Below, one piece after another: positions 38,772-48,347 of a DNA stretch of 64,000 bases (within the stretch, counting starts at the first letter, position 1; each line of letters starts with the position of its first letter). Origin of the DNA: an uncultured cyanobacterium (GTDB lineage: Bacteria > Cyanobacteriota > Cyanobacteriia > PCC-9006 > JAAUQQ01); assembly GCA_963718615.1 (NCBI GenBank), contig OY970368.1, positions 2,720,001 through 2,784,000 of the forward strand, given 5' to 3'. The notes under the pieces are model-generated. The model ran no database searches. It was not told the DNA's origin and worked only from the letters and a program-made list of their open reading frames with translations. The translations under genes and the position numbers were made by a program.

Positions 38772-41741
38772 ATGATGGCGATTGACTACTCAGTGTGCTG
38801 CGAGGAAAAGAGTGTGTTTCTTCTGGAACGACACAATGGCTTAGTGCCCGGTGAATTGCTTCTGAGCTTGTTTGCTGTTGGGTTGATACCGTGCGAGGCG
38901 ATCGCCCAAATCCAACCCGATGCCACCCTCGGTGCAGAAAATTCCCAGGTCACAGCCGCAATCCAGAATGGAATCTCCACCTACGACATTACCGGCGGTG
39001 CAGTCAGAGGCAGCAATCTTTTCCATAGCTTTGAGCAGTTTTCAATCGCAACGGGAGAGGTTGCACGTTTTCGCAGTGGGGGGGCGATCGCAAACATCCT
39101 TAGCCGAGTTACGGGCGGCGGACGTTCTAGCCTAGATGGTACGCTGGCCGTGGAAGGGAGTACAAATCTATTTTTCTTAAATCCAGCGGGCATTATGATC
39201 GGCCCGAATGCTCAGCTTGATCTGAAGGGGTCTTTTACGGCGAGTACTGCTGAAGGTTTGGCCTTTCTGGATGGTTTTGTTTACAACAGTGAGCTGCCAG
39301 GGACGTTACCTTTGCTCACTGTAAGTACGCCTGTTGGGATAGTTTGGGGCGATCGCCCTGGTTCTATCCAAGTATTTAGTCAATCTCCCGACCCAGCAAC
39401 GGGATTAGGCTCAGGGCTGAAGGTAAACCCTGGGCAAACGCTGAGTTTGATCGGGGGAGGAATTGCGCTGGATGGCGCGACGCTGCAAGCGCCAAGCGGT
39501 AAAATTTCGCTGTTGAGTGCTGGGGATATTCGGCTGGCGAATCAGTCGTTGGTGGATGTCAGTGGGGTAGGGGGTGGGGAGATTGAGGTGGAGGGACAAG
39601 AAATTGTTTTGACGGGGCGATCGGCCCTGATTTCGGATACGTTTGGGGAAGTGGATGGGAAAGGGATTTGGATTGAGGGCGATCGCATCCAACTGTTAGA
39701 GAGCTCATACCTTGGCGCGGCAACCTCTGGAGCTGGGAATAGTGGCAGCATCCAGGTAAATGCGGCTCAAGACATTGAGATCACAGGCACAGCGATTGCT
39801 AACTATAAACAAATCGAGCTCAATTCTTTTTTAGGAACAAGACAGATTGAGGAGCGTGCGATCGGAGGTATTGTAACCACAACAACAGCCTCAGGACGCA
39901 CGGGAGATATCTCTCTCAACGCACAAAGACTGTCGCTGAACCAGGGCGTGCTGGTCTCCACCGAAACCTTTGGGACTGGAGACAGCGGCGATATTAGCGT
40001 TGTGGCAACAGACTCAGTCCGCCTTGGCGGCTCGGGCATCCTAGCCGGTAGCCGCAGCACTGGCATCGCCATACTCACGCCCAACGGCATTCCAACAGGA
40101 CGATCCACAGTGGGCATTCCAGCCGGAAGTGGCGGCAATATTAGCATCCGCACCACCCGCCTCGCTATAGAAGATGGCAGCGGCATTGTTGCTGGAACAA
40201 CAACCGATAGCGCTTCGGGAGATCTGTTTGTCCGGGCAACGGAGTCAGTGCTTTTACGGGGTGATTTTGCACCCTTCTTTTTTCCCACATCCATTACAAC
40301 GGTGTCCATTGGAGGGAGCGGCCCTGCTGGCGATCTCACCATTGAAACCGGTCGGTTGTCGGCTCAAGATGGCGCGCCGATTTTTGCTGATTCAGGTGCT
40401 CGGGCAATTGCGGGTCGAGTAGATGTGGGTGGCCCTGCTGGAAACGTGACGATTACAGCGACTGAATCAGTAGAGCTGATCGGCGGCCAGCCGCTTTTTG
40501 GCGTGTTTATTAGTAGCGGTATTCGTTCCAGGACGTTCACCGCAGCATCTGCGGGTACGGTGCAAATTACAACACCGATGCTGATACTTCAAGATGGCGG
40601 GCAAATTACCAGCGCCGCCCGAAATTCGGGTGATGGCGGTGCCATTAATATCAATGCCCAAACGGTGCTTGTCTCAGGCGCGGGTAGCGCCGACGCTGAT
40701 GCCCGTAGCGGCATTGTTGCCAGTGCAGGCGTTGCAGCCCAAACATCGTTTGTTACGGGTGAGATCATCTCTGTACCCGCTAGCGGAGCCGGAGGCACCA
40801 TCACCCTTAATGCGGATAACGTGACGGTACAAGACACCGCTGAAATATCCGTCGGTAGCTTTGGCTCAGGCGGTGCGGGTAATCTGAATCTCACCGCTGG
40901 TACTGTCCGTTTGGCTCGCGGTGGCAGCCTGAGCGCGGCAACAACCTCGGGTGAAGAAGGCAATATTACGGTGACCGCTGGCCAGCTAACGATCGATGAC
41001 AGCAGCATCACAGCGACATCTGGCAGGAGTAACGGTGGCAATCTATCGTTTGAACTGCAAAATTTTCTGTTGCTCAGAAACGGCAGTCTGATTTCGACAG
41101 ACGCGAGGACGGCGACCGGAGCTGGCGATGGCGGCAATATTGTCTTTGAAGGCGGGTTTATTTTGGCTGTTTCTGGCGAAAACAGTGACATGATTGCCAA
41201 TGCCTTCCAGGGGCAGGACGGCCGCATCAACCTATCAGCCCAAGCTATTTTGGGACTGATGACGAGCAGTGGCTTGAGCACGACGGAGCTACGCCGAAAC
41301 AAGACAAATGACATTAGCGCTAGTTCTGAGTTGGGACCCCCTGGAGAGGTACGGCTACAAAATCTAGCGGCTAACCCAGAGCAAGGGTTGGCAGAGTTGC
41401 CGGAGGAACCGCTGAGTGGCGAACAGTTGATTAGCCAAAACCTTTGCTCAGCGAGTTCGCAGCGCAGTGAGTTTGTCGTCACAGGCCGGGGTGGAGTGCC
41501 CGCCGCTCCCACCGATACCCTCAGCGCCTTGCCCGTCTGGGAAGACGGTGGGCAAGCAGACGCGGCTCGCAAAACGTCCAGTCCTTTGGTGGAAGCACAA
41601 CGTTGGCGCACAACCACTGACGGTAAGGTGGTTCTCTATGCGGCGGTTCCGGCTTTGGTGCGATCGCGATCGCCCAGTTGCCAAACCATCCAGAACGCAA
41701 TCAACCCTGCATTGGATGAACGCGGTTCGTCCCTACGATGA
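38772..41741 (+). CDS. Filamentous haemagglutinin N-terminal (TPS) domain exoprotein
   Basis: AQIQPDATLG, NLFHSF..FSI, NILSRVTGG and NLFFLNPAGI. Gly-rich beta-helix repeats and C-terminal FVVTGRGGVP / LVEAQRW. Start uncertain. Confidence 0.9.
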   Translation: MMAIDYSVCCEEKSVFLLERHNGLVPGELLLSLFAVGLIPCEAIAQIQPDATLGAENSQVTAAIQNGISTYDITGGAVRGSNLFHSFEQFSIATGEVARFRSGGAIANILSRVTGGGRSSLDGTLAVEGSTNLFFLNPAGIMIGPNAQLDLKGSFTASTAEGLAFLDGFVYNSELPGTLPLLTVSTPVGIVWGDRPGSIQVFSQSPDPATGLGSGLKVNPGQTLSLIGGGIALDGATLQAPSGKISLLSAGDIRLANQSLVDVSGVGGGEIEVEGQEIVLTGRSALISDTFGEVDGKGIWIEGDRIQLLESSYLGAATSGAGNSGSIQVNAAQDIEITGTAIANYKQIELNSFLGTRQIEERAIGGIVTTTTASGRTGDISLNAQRLSLNQGVLVSTETFGTGDSGDISVVATDSVRLGGSGILAGSRSTGIAILTPNGIPTGRSTVGIPAGSGGNISIRTTRLAIEDGSGIVAGTTTDSASGDLFVRATESVLLRGDFAPFFFPTSITTVSIGGSGPAGDLTIETGRLSAQDGAPIFADSGARAIAGRVDVGGPAGNVTITATESVELIGGQPLFGVFISSGIRSRTFTAASAGTVQITTPMLILQDGGQITSAARNSGDGGAININAQTVLVSGAGSADADARSGIVASAGVAAQTSFVTGEIISVPASGAGGTITLNADNVTVQDTAEISVGSFGSGGAGNLNLTAGTVRLARGGSLSAATTSGEEGNITVTAGQLTIDDSSITATSGRSNGGNLSFELQNFLLLRNGSLISTDARTATGAGDGGNIVFEGGFILAVSGENSDMIANAFQGQDGRINLSAQAILGLMTSSGLSTTELRRNKTNDISASSELGPPGEVRLQNLAANPEQGLAELPEEPLSGEQLISQNLCSASSQRSEFVVTGRGGVPAAPTDTLSALPVWEDGGQADAARKTSSPLVEAQRWRTTTDGKVVLYAAVPALVRSRSPSCQTIQNAINPALDERGSSLR

Positions 41742-44134
41742 TGAAACGATTTGGGCAACGCTTTGGGCCACGATTTGGACGGTTTTGGGTTCTCCTAACC
41801 CTGTTTTTTTTGCTAACCCTGGTTCAGGCATTTGTGCCGCTTGGTTCACCCCTTCAGGCTCAAGCACCGACTCAAGTTGTCCTACAACAAGCCCAACAGC
41901 TCAACGCCGAAGGACGGCAGCAGCTCATCCAAGGCAACGCCGAACAGGCCCTCGAAACCTGGCGTTCCGCTGAAGCTCAGTACCAAGCCGCCAATCACCC
42001 CGAAGGCGTCCTCGGCACCCAGCTCAACCAAGCCACGGCGCTGCAAGTGCTGGGCTTCTACCGTCAGGCCCGCCAACAGCTCAACCGCATTGAAACCCAG
42101 CTTGAGACCTTCCCCGACTCTTTGCTCAAAGCCCAGGGACTGCTCAGTCTCGGTAATCTGTTGCGTCTGCAAGGAGAAGTTGAGCGATCGCAAACCCTCC
42201 TCACCACCAGTCTCACCATCGCCCAAAGCCTTCCCCCATCCCAAAAAACCGCTCAAATCACCAGCCAAATCCACCTCAGCCTCGCCAACACCCTCCGCAG
42301 CCAAAACCAAGCCCAAGCCGCCCTCGAAAACTACCAGCAAGCTGCCACCCTCGCCCCCAGCGATCTGTTGCGTCTGCAAGCCCAGCTCAACCAGCTCAGC
42401 CTCCGACTCGACGAGAGCGACATCCCCACCGCAACAAGCCTCGCTATCGCCATTGCCCCCAGCCTAGAACAATTCCCCCCCAGCCACGACAGCATCAATG
42501 CCCAGGTCAACTTTGCCCAAAGCCTCATGGACTTGGCTCAGGTGTTTCCGCCCGATCGCTTGCCCAATCCTGAAACAGTCCTCACAACTGCCATCGACCA
42601 AGCCCGCAGATTAGAAGACGCTCGCTCGCAAAGCTATGCCCAAGGCATTCTCGGCCACTGGTACGAACAGCAACGCCAGTGGGACAAAGCAATCGCCACC
42701 ACTCAAACCGCCCTAGACCTCGCTGAAACCCTGCGCGCTGCGGATATCGCCTATCAGTGGCATTGGCAACAGGGGCGGCTGTATCGCCAGAGGGGTCAGA
42801 TTTCTGAGGCGATCGCCCAATACACCGCTGCCATCGAAAACCTCAGTGAGCTGCGCAGCGACCTTACCGCCCTCAACCCCGATGTTCAGTTTGAATTTCG
42901 TGAAAAAGTCGAGCCAGTTTACCGAGAATTAGTCGATTTACTCCTGCGCGATCCCAATCCCGCTCCTCAGCAGCTTGCCCAGGCACGCAACATCATCGAA
43001 GCCCTGCAATTAGCAGAATTAGACAACTTTTTTCGGGATGCCTGCGCCAGTCCAGAGGTGGTCAATATTGATGACTTAGACCCAACAGCGGCCATTCTGT
43101 ATCCGATTCTGTTGGAAAATCGCCTAGAGCTAATTCTCAAAATACCGGGAGAAGCTACGCTTAAACATGCGAGTTTGCCGGAGCTATCGCCCCAACAAAT
43201 CAATCAAATCGCTCAACAATTCGCCACCTTACTCAAACGACGCAGCAGTAATATTCAAGAACTCAAAAGCCTAGGAAATCAGCTTTATTCCTGGTTAATT
43301 CAGCCCTTTGAGGAAGAGTTAGAAATTGGCTTAGAGCGCGATCGCAGTTCGATCAAAACCCTAAGTTTTGTGCTAGATGGCGCGTTGCGAAACATTCCCG
43401 TGGGGGCATTGTTTGATGGCCAGCGGTATTTAATTGAACGGTATGCGATCGCCATTACCCCCGGCTTAAACCTTCTTGATCCCAAGCCCTTGCCTCGCCA
43501 ATCCTTGCAGGCGCTAGTCGCCGGAGCCGAAGATGCCCCAAGTTTTCGGATGGCAAACCTCGCTCCTTTAGAAAACGTGGCACTGGAACTAGAGGGGATC
43601 AAAAAAGAACTCACAAGAAGTGAAGTACTGGCGGATAGTGCGTTTTTAAGGGCTAATCTCAGCCAAGCGATCAATGCGCGACCCTTTAATATCATTCATC
43701 TAGCAACCCATGGGCAATTTAGTGCCAACCCTGAGCAAACGTTCATTTTGGATTGGCAAGACCGTATCTCCACTCGCGAAATGGATGAACTCTTGTTTTT
43801 GGATGATCCTGTGCGAGCGGTCAAGAACCCGATTGAATTGCTGGTGCTCAGTGCCTGTGAAACTGCAACCGGCGACAATCGGGCTGCACTGGGCCTAGCT
43901 GGTCTTGCCATCCGTGCGGGAGCCCGCAGCACCGTAGCAAGTCTTTGGAATATCGATGATGCTTCAACGGCGGAGTTTATGGTGCGCTTCTACCAGGAAC
44001 TGGCAAAACCAGGGCTGAGCAAGGCCGAAGCGCTGCGGAATAGTCAGCTAGCGTTTCTCAAAGAGTACAAAGATACGGATTATCGGCGGCCTTACCATTG
44101 GGCTCCGTTCATACTCCTGGGGAACTGGCTGTAG
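41738..44134 (+). CDS. TPR plus CHAT domain protein
   Basis: N-terminal signal/TM and TPRs. IHLATHGQF, LLVLSACETA.GD.RAALGLAG and PYHWAPFILLGNWL. Confidence 0.93.
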   Translation: MMKRFGQRFGPRFGRFWVLLTLFFLLTLVQAFVPLGSPLQAQAPTQVVLQQAQQLNAEGRQQLIQGNAEQALETWRSAEAQYQAANHPEGVLGTQLNQATALQVLGFYRQARQQLNRIETQLETFPDSLLKAQGLLSLGNLLRLQGEVERSQTLLTTSLTIAQSLPPSQKTAQITSQIHLSLANTLRSQNQAQAALENYQQAATLAPSDLLRLQAQLNQLSLRLDESDIPTATSLAIAIAPSLEQFPPSHDSINAQVNFAQSLMDLAQVFPPDRLPNPETVLTTAIDQARRLEDARSQSYAQGILGHWYEQQRQWDKAIATTQTALDLAETLRAADIAYQWHWQQGRLYRQRGQISEAIAQYTAAIENLSELRSDLTALNPDVQFEFREKVEPVYRELVDLLLRDPNPAPQQLAQARNIIEALQLAELDNFFRDACASPEVVNIDDLDPTAAILYPILLENRLELILKIPGEATLKHASLPELSPQQINQIAQQFATLLKRRSSNIQELKSLGNQLYSWLIQPFEEELEIGLERDRSSIKTLSFVLDGALRNIPVGALFDGQRYLIERYAIAITPGLNLLDPKPLPRQSLQALVAGAEDAPSFRMANLAPLENVALELEGIKKELTRSEVLADSAFLRANLSQAINARPFNIIHLATHGQFSANPEQTFILDWQDRISTREMDELLFLDDPVRAVKNPIELLVLSACETATGDNRAALGLAGLAIRAGARSTVASLWNIDDASTAEFMVRFYQELAKPGLSKAEALRNSQLAFLKEYKDTDYRRPYHWAPFILLGNWL

Positions 44135-44174
44135 TGAATTCAACAGAATAGAAAATCCCCCAATTTTCCTGAAG

Positions 44175-44384
44175 GCGATCGCTGATTCCCTCGATACCAT
44201 CTTGAGCCAAGACTATCGCGTCGCTGTCGGAAATCGCGTCTACCTCAGTCAGGGCGAAGAAACCATCCTTATCGGCATTCCCGACGTTTCCGTCGCCGCC
44301 ACACCGATATCGAAAACCACCGACTCCCAAACTTGGGCCGGAAGATCTCGCTTGGCTGAATGCCGCGATCGGCAAAGTCAATTG
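44175..44384 (+). pseudogene. DUF4058-like remnant with 5' truncation and internal deletion
   Basis: AIADSLDTILSQDYRVAVGNRVYL...IGIPDVSV joined, in another frame, to the C-terminal PEDLAWLNAAIGKVN*. Confidence 0.55.
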
Positions 44385-44599
44385 AGGCGGTGAAGTTGGG
44401 CGATCGAACTGTTCGATGACTTTCTTTTACAAGCTTTTCTCTTCTCTACTATGCAGCCTCATATTTGTAGAACTCGATGAAGTTTAACTTCAAGTATCAA
44501 GTGTCAAGACATTTGCCTGTCGCGACAATTAGAAGGCGGGGAGCCCACTGAATTGGCAAAAGGAAATGAGAAGCGGCAATCTCAGGTCAAGACGACAAT

Positions 44600-45514
44600 C
44601 TAAGATCGCTTCTGGTGTGTCGATGTTTGGGAGTCAGATTCAGAGGATTTTGCCGGGAGTGCCTTCAAGTTCTCAGAGCGCTGGTGAGCGGAGCGTTTAC
44701 GAAAACTGTCCGCCTTGATTTCGAGAATGACCGCATGGTGAATGAGGCGGTCAACGGCGGCGACGGTCATCATGGAATCACCAAAGATGGAGTTCCACTC
44801 ACTGAACGGCTGATTGGCAGTGACCATGATGCTTTTGCGCTCATAGCGATAGGCAATGAGTTCAAAGAGAACGGAGGTTTCTGCCTCGGATTTTTGGACA
44901 TAGCCGAGGTCATCAATGATCACGAGGTCAAAGCGGTCGAGCTTTTTCAGGGCAGGCTGAAGCTGGAGATGAAGCTTTTCTTTTTGGAGATACTGCACCA
45001 GGGTGGTGGCACAGAAGAATTTGACGCGCTTGCCCGCTTCCAGGGCGGCACGAGCGATGCCAGCGGCCAGATGGGTTTTGCCGACCCCAGAAGGTCCGAA
45101 GAAGAGACAGTTTTGGGCGTCATCAATCCACTGGGGTTCAGTGGCGAGTTTTTGAATCGGGAGAGGGTTAACCAGGGGCAGGTGTGTCCAATCGAAATTG
45201 GAAACCGTTTTGGCGTTGGGCAGTTGAGCTTCGGTGATGGCTCTTTGGAGGCGCAAAGCCTTGCGGCGGTCTGTTTCGAGTTGGCACAGGGCCAAGAGAA
45301 ATTGCGCGTAGGACCAGGTCTCTCGCATGGCTTGCTGCTCCAAGGTCTCCCAGTGGTTGAGCATATGGGATAAGCGCAGGTGCTTGAGCTGAGCGCTGAG
45401 GCTTTGGTAAGGGCTCAGCTCCGGTTGAGACGAGCTCTGGTTCTGCATCTGGGATGACGCTGCTGTGGGTGAACAGAAGGGCATCGTAGTCGTTGAGGTC
45501 ATGTTGTTGGACAT
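44600..45514 (-). CDS. istB: IS21 helper ATPase IstB
   Basis: GPSGVGKTHLA, IIDDLGY, RYERKS and AAVDRLIHHA motifs. The true start is probably downstream of 45514. Confidence 0.95.
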   Translation of the reverse strand: MSNNMTSTTTMPFCSPTAASSQMQNQSSSQPELSPYQSLSAQLKHLRLSHMLNHWETLEQQAMRETWSYAQFLLALCQLETDRRKALRLQRAITEAQLPNAKTVSNFDWTHLPLVNPLPIQKLATEPQWIDDAQNCLFFGPSGVGKTHLAAGIARAALEAGKRVKFFCATTLVQYLQKEKLHLQLQPALKKLDRFDLVIIDDLGYVQKSEAETSVLFELIAYRYERKSIMVTANQPFSEWNSIFGDSMMTVAAVDRLIHHAVILEIKADSFRKRSAHQRSENLKALPAKSSESDSQTSTHQKRS

Positions 45515-46959
45515 TCACGGTGGGGAATTCGAGTTTGGTGAGCAACTGAAAATGGAGTCTGAGCCTTGAGAGGGTGAGGGTTTTGGCCTCAATCTCTGGG
45601 AAGAGGTAGTCAGCGACCGCCGCTTCCTTGTTTTGGGTCGCCGCAATATAGAGGGCTTCGACCATGAGCACGGCGGCAGAATCAAGCTCAAAGCCAGCCT
45701 GGAGCTGTTTCCAGAGTTGGTGATAGCGCTCATTGGGCAGGAGGTCCTCTCGCCAGGTGCTGTGGAGGAAGGCCAAGGGCTTTTTGCGCAACCCTTCGAT
45801 GACATGGTGATAGTCCACCGAGCGGGCGCGCCGCTTGTCCTTGTCAGTAGAACGAATCCGTTTCAACCTGAACACTTCATGGCCTTCGAGGTAGCCCATC
45901 AGGCGGTTGTGGTGCAGATGCACTTCCAGGGACCGGCCAATTAAGCGAGACGGCACGCTGTAGAGCATGCAGCGGATATCAATCGTGCTGTTGCTGCTCA
46001 CCTTGGCGGTGAGGAGTTCGTAGTCCGCAGCCCGGTATTTGGGCAACGCCTGGAGATGCGCTTTCTCATGCTCATACTTATCCTGATGCTGGGCATTGAG
46101 CTTGGCCACACAGTCATTGAGCAGGTCTTGATAGTCGCTGACGCTAGCGAAGTCGGTGCTGCCGCGCAGGTACATCGCTTGGACAATGCGGTTCTTCAGA
46201 TGACCGTGGGGGCCTTCAATAGAACCGTTCTCGTGGGCGATTCCCCGGTTGTTTCGCGTCGGTTGCAACCGATAGTGCTCACACAGGTCGTCATACAAGC
46301 GCGTCAGCGGTTTGGTTCTTCTTCCCACCCAGATTTCGATAGGCCGCACTCAGGCTATCGGTGCGATGCTGCTTTGGAGCCCCGCCGCAGGCAAACAGGG
46401 CATTCTGCAATCCTTCGGATAGGGCGACAAAGCTTTCACCCCCCTCGATTAACTCCGCGTAGGACCAGCCGCTGTAGCCCAAGCGGTAGTGATAAATCAA
46501 GTGCTCATAGGGCTTTCCATTTATCGTCACCACCGTCCCTTTGAGTTCGGTGAAGTCGGAAAATCCTTGCACCCCCGGCTCGTGACGCAGCTCAAACATC
46601 ACCTCGGGAGCTGGACCATACAGTGCTTTCCAGGTTCTCACTCGCCGCTGAAGCGTCCTGAGCACTTGCGGATATTGACCCGGATATTTGTCCTGCAAAT
46701 GCTCAAATAACGTCGTCGGTTTCAGTCTTGGCTCAGCTCGCAGCATCGCCTCTAGTTCGGCTTCCCAAAGACCGTTGAGTGGATCTGGCCGGGTCCGCAC
46801 CCCGGTGCCCTCTCCACTCCCCTGCTGCCACTCGTTGGCATCCATTCGTTGCGCGGTTCGCACCGAAAATTCCGCCACCGCTGCCGCATCTTGCTGCGAC
46901 AGGCCATGCTCCTTTGCATTCATGTACACTCGCTGTTGATACATTATTACTCTCGACAC
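45168..46959 (-). pseudogene. istA: IS21 transposase IstA split by a frameshift near 46320
   Basis: N-part (RTRPDPL, GFSDFT, HRTDSLSAAYRNLGG) and C-part (RRTKPLTRLY, HENGSIEGPHGHLK, YSVPSRLIG) lie in different frames. One extra base in GGTGGGAAGAAG. Confidence 0.88.
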
Positions 46960-47134
46960 TCGTTAGAGTCCTTTCTTTCCAGGGGGACCCTATGAGTGTC
47001 TTTTTTTGTCGATCGCCACGCCAGTGAGCTGTCAAAGTCTCACGTCTGTCTCACGATCCAAGCCACGCTTTCGCGACAACTCCCGCCAGGAAATGTCGAG
47101 CAGCCGCCAATGCTATTGTCGTCTAACATTCAAG

Positions 47135-48040
47135 AAACAAGAAACGTTGAATATTTAAGATTCTTGCTCTAGTTGAACCTCTTCATAAATCAGTTCAATG
47201 GGACAAGAAAAGCCCAGGCTACTCAGCTCTACAATATCACCAGGGCCATAGGCAGTATAGAGCCACATTCGTCCTTCGCCCCGACGATAGCATTCCACAC
47301 AAACCTTCGAGGAATCAATCAGAATATATTCCTGAAGGCTCGCCAACTGACGATACTCTTGTAATTTCTCACCCCGATCCTTTCGCTCAGTTCCAGGAGA
47401 AAGCACCTCAACAATTAACGTTGGCGACTGAAACAGGGTTGTTGCTTGGCGATCGCCCTCACTACAGCTCACCACCACATCAGGATAACGATAGGCCCCT
47501 GTGGCTGAAATCTGAACCTTGACATCAGCGACATTGATCTTGCAGTTTCTCTGGCGGACATGGGGCCGCAAGGCGGTGTATAGGTTCAGGGCTAAATCGT
47601 TGTGAGGAATCGTTCCCCCAGTCATGGCTACGATTTTGCCCTGGGCATATTCATAGCGTATCTCTTGATGGCATTCCCATGCTAGGTATTCCTCAGGGCT
47701 TAGGCGGCTGGAGTCTTGAATGGCAATCATGATGGTTATCCCATGAGGTGCGTAGGTCTATCAATATTATTTTAGGGTTAGGGTGGGGGCAATTTCTTCA
47801 ATAGCTTGCGAGGCGATCGCCATAACACGCTCCAGTCTGTTTTGCTTCTGCCTGAGAAATTTCCTCAATTTTCCTGAGATCCGCCGAAACAAGACCTGAA
47901 TTTTCCCCAACTTTTATCTCTTGGTTTGTGGGACATTAGTGGCGTATTCCGTATAGGCAATTTATTTCATCATAGATTTCGTCACAGGAGATATCACAAT
48001 GACTGGTGCAGCAACAGTTTTGAAGCGGGGCGATCGTGGC
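47135..48040. repeat. Direct repeat copy 1 (with 44434-44494 on the other side of the IS21): Uma2, intergenic region and leader stub
   Basis: Alignable by eye with 50651-51399 at high identity. Confidence 0.92.
47155..47730 (-). CDS. Uma2 family endonuclease
   Basis: LSPEEYL, RYEY..G.IVAMTGGT..HN, YPDVVVSC, LIVEVLSPGT...DRGEK...Y and LQEYILID motifs. Confidence 0.95.
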   Translation of the reverse strand: MIAIQDSSRLSPEEYLAWECHQEIRYEYAQGKIVAMTGGTIPHNDLALNLYTALRPHVRQRNCKINVADVKVQISATGAYRYPDVVVSCSEGDRQATTLFQSPTLIVEVLSPGTERKDRGEKLQEYRQLASLQEYILIDSSKVCVECYRRGEGRMWLYTAYGPGDIVELSSLGFSCPIELIYEEVQLEQES

Positions 48041-48347
48041 CTCGAAGATTGAAAAAGGGTAGTCCTATTTCTTAAAGGCTAAAGAAAAATAGTCATTTTC
48101 AGAAGGCTTACTGGATAAAGCTTTCAAGATTTCACTTTTTTCTCTGACCTTTACATAAGGGCACTACCTGAAAAAGATTTTAAGGTCCTTCAATACTAGT
48201 ACTACCTTAGAGAAGACTGATGAATTATCTCCCAAGACATTCGCTAAATGCGATTAGAGAAATTAGCTTTCCTCTATCAATTTTGTAAGTAGTTTCTGGA
48301 TAGAATTTGTACTTTTCAAAAACAACCAAACTAGGAGATTTACAGTT

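Larger units (their letters stand above)
44495..47128 (-). mobile_element. IS21-family insertion sequence with a 6-bp target duplication TTCAAG
   Basis: istA and istB inside. TTCAAG at 44489-44494 and 47129-47134. The empty site is visible in the paralogous copy near 50701-50720. Degenerate ends TATCAAGTGTCAA / TGTTAGACGACAA. Confidence 0.92.

Noticed and set aside
38452-38772. 106-aa ORF upstream of the FHA gene
   Set aside because: No recognisable motif, and it lies in the probable divergent promoter region.
46300-46340. Programmed frameshift in istA
   Set aside because: It falls inside the DDE domain, where IS21 elements are not known to frameshift. A mutation or sequencing error is simpler.
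48095-48130. Imperfect palindrome AAGGCTTACTGGATAAAGCTTT as a cassette recombination site
   Set aside because: Only loosely similar partial motifs occur elsewhere (49705, 31077), too weak to support by eye.
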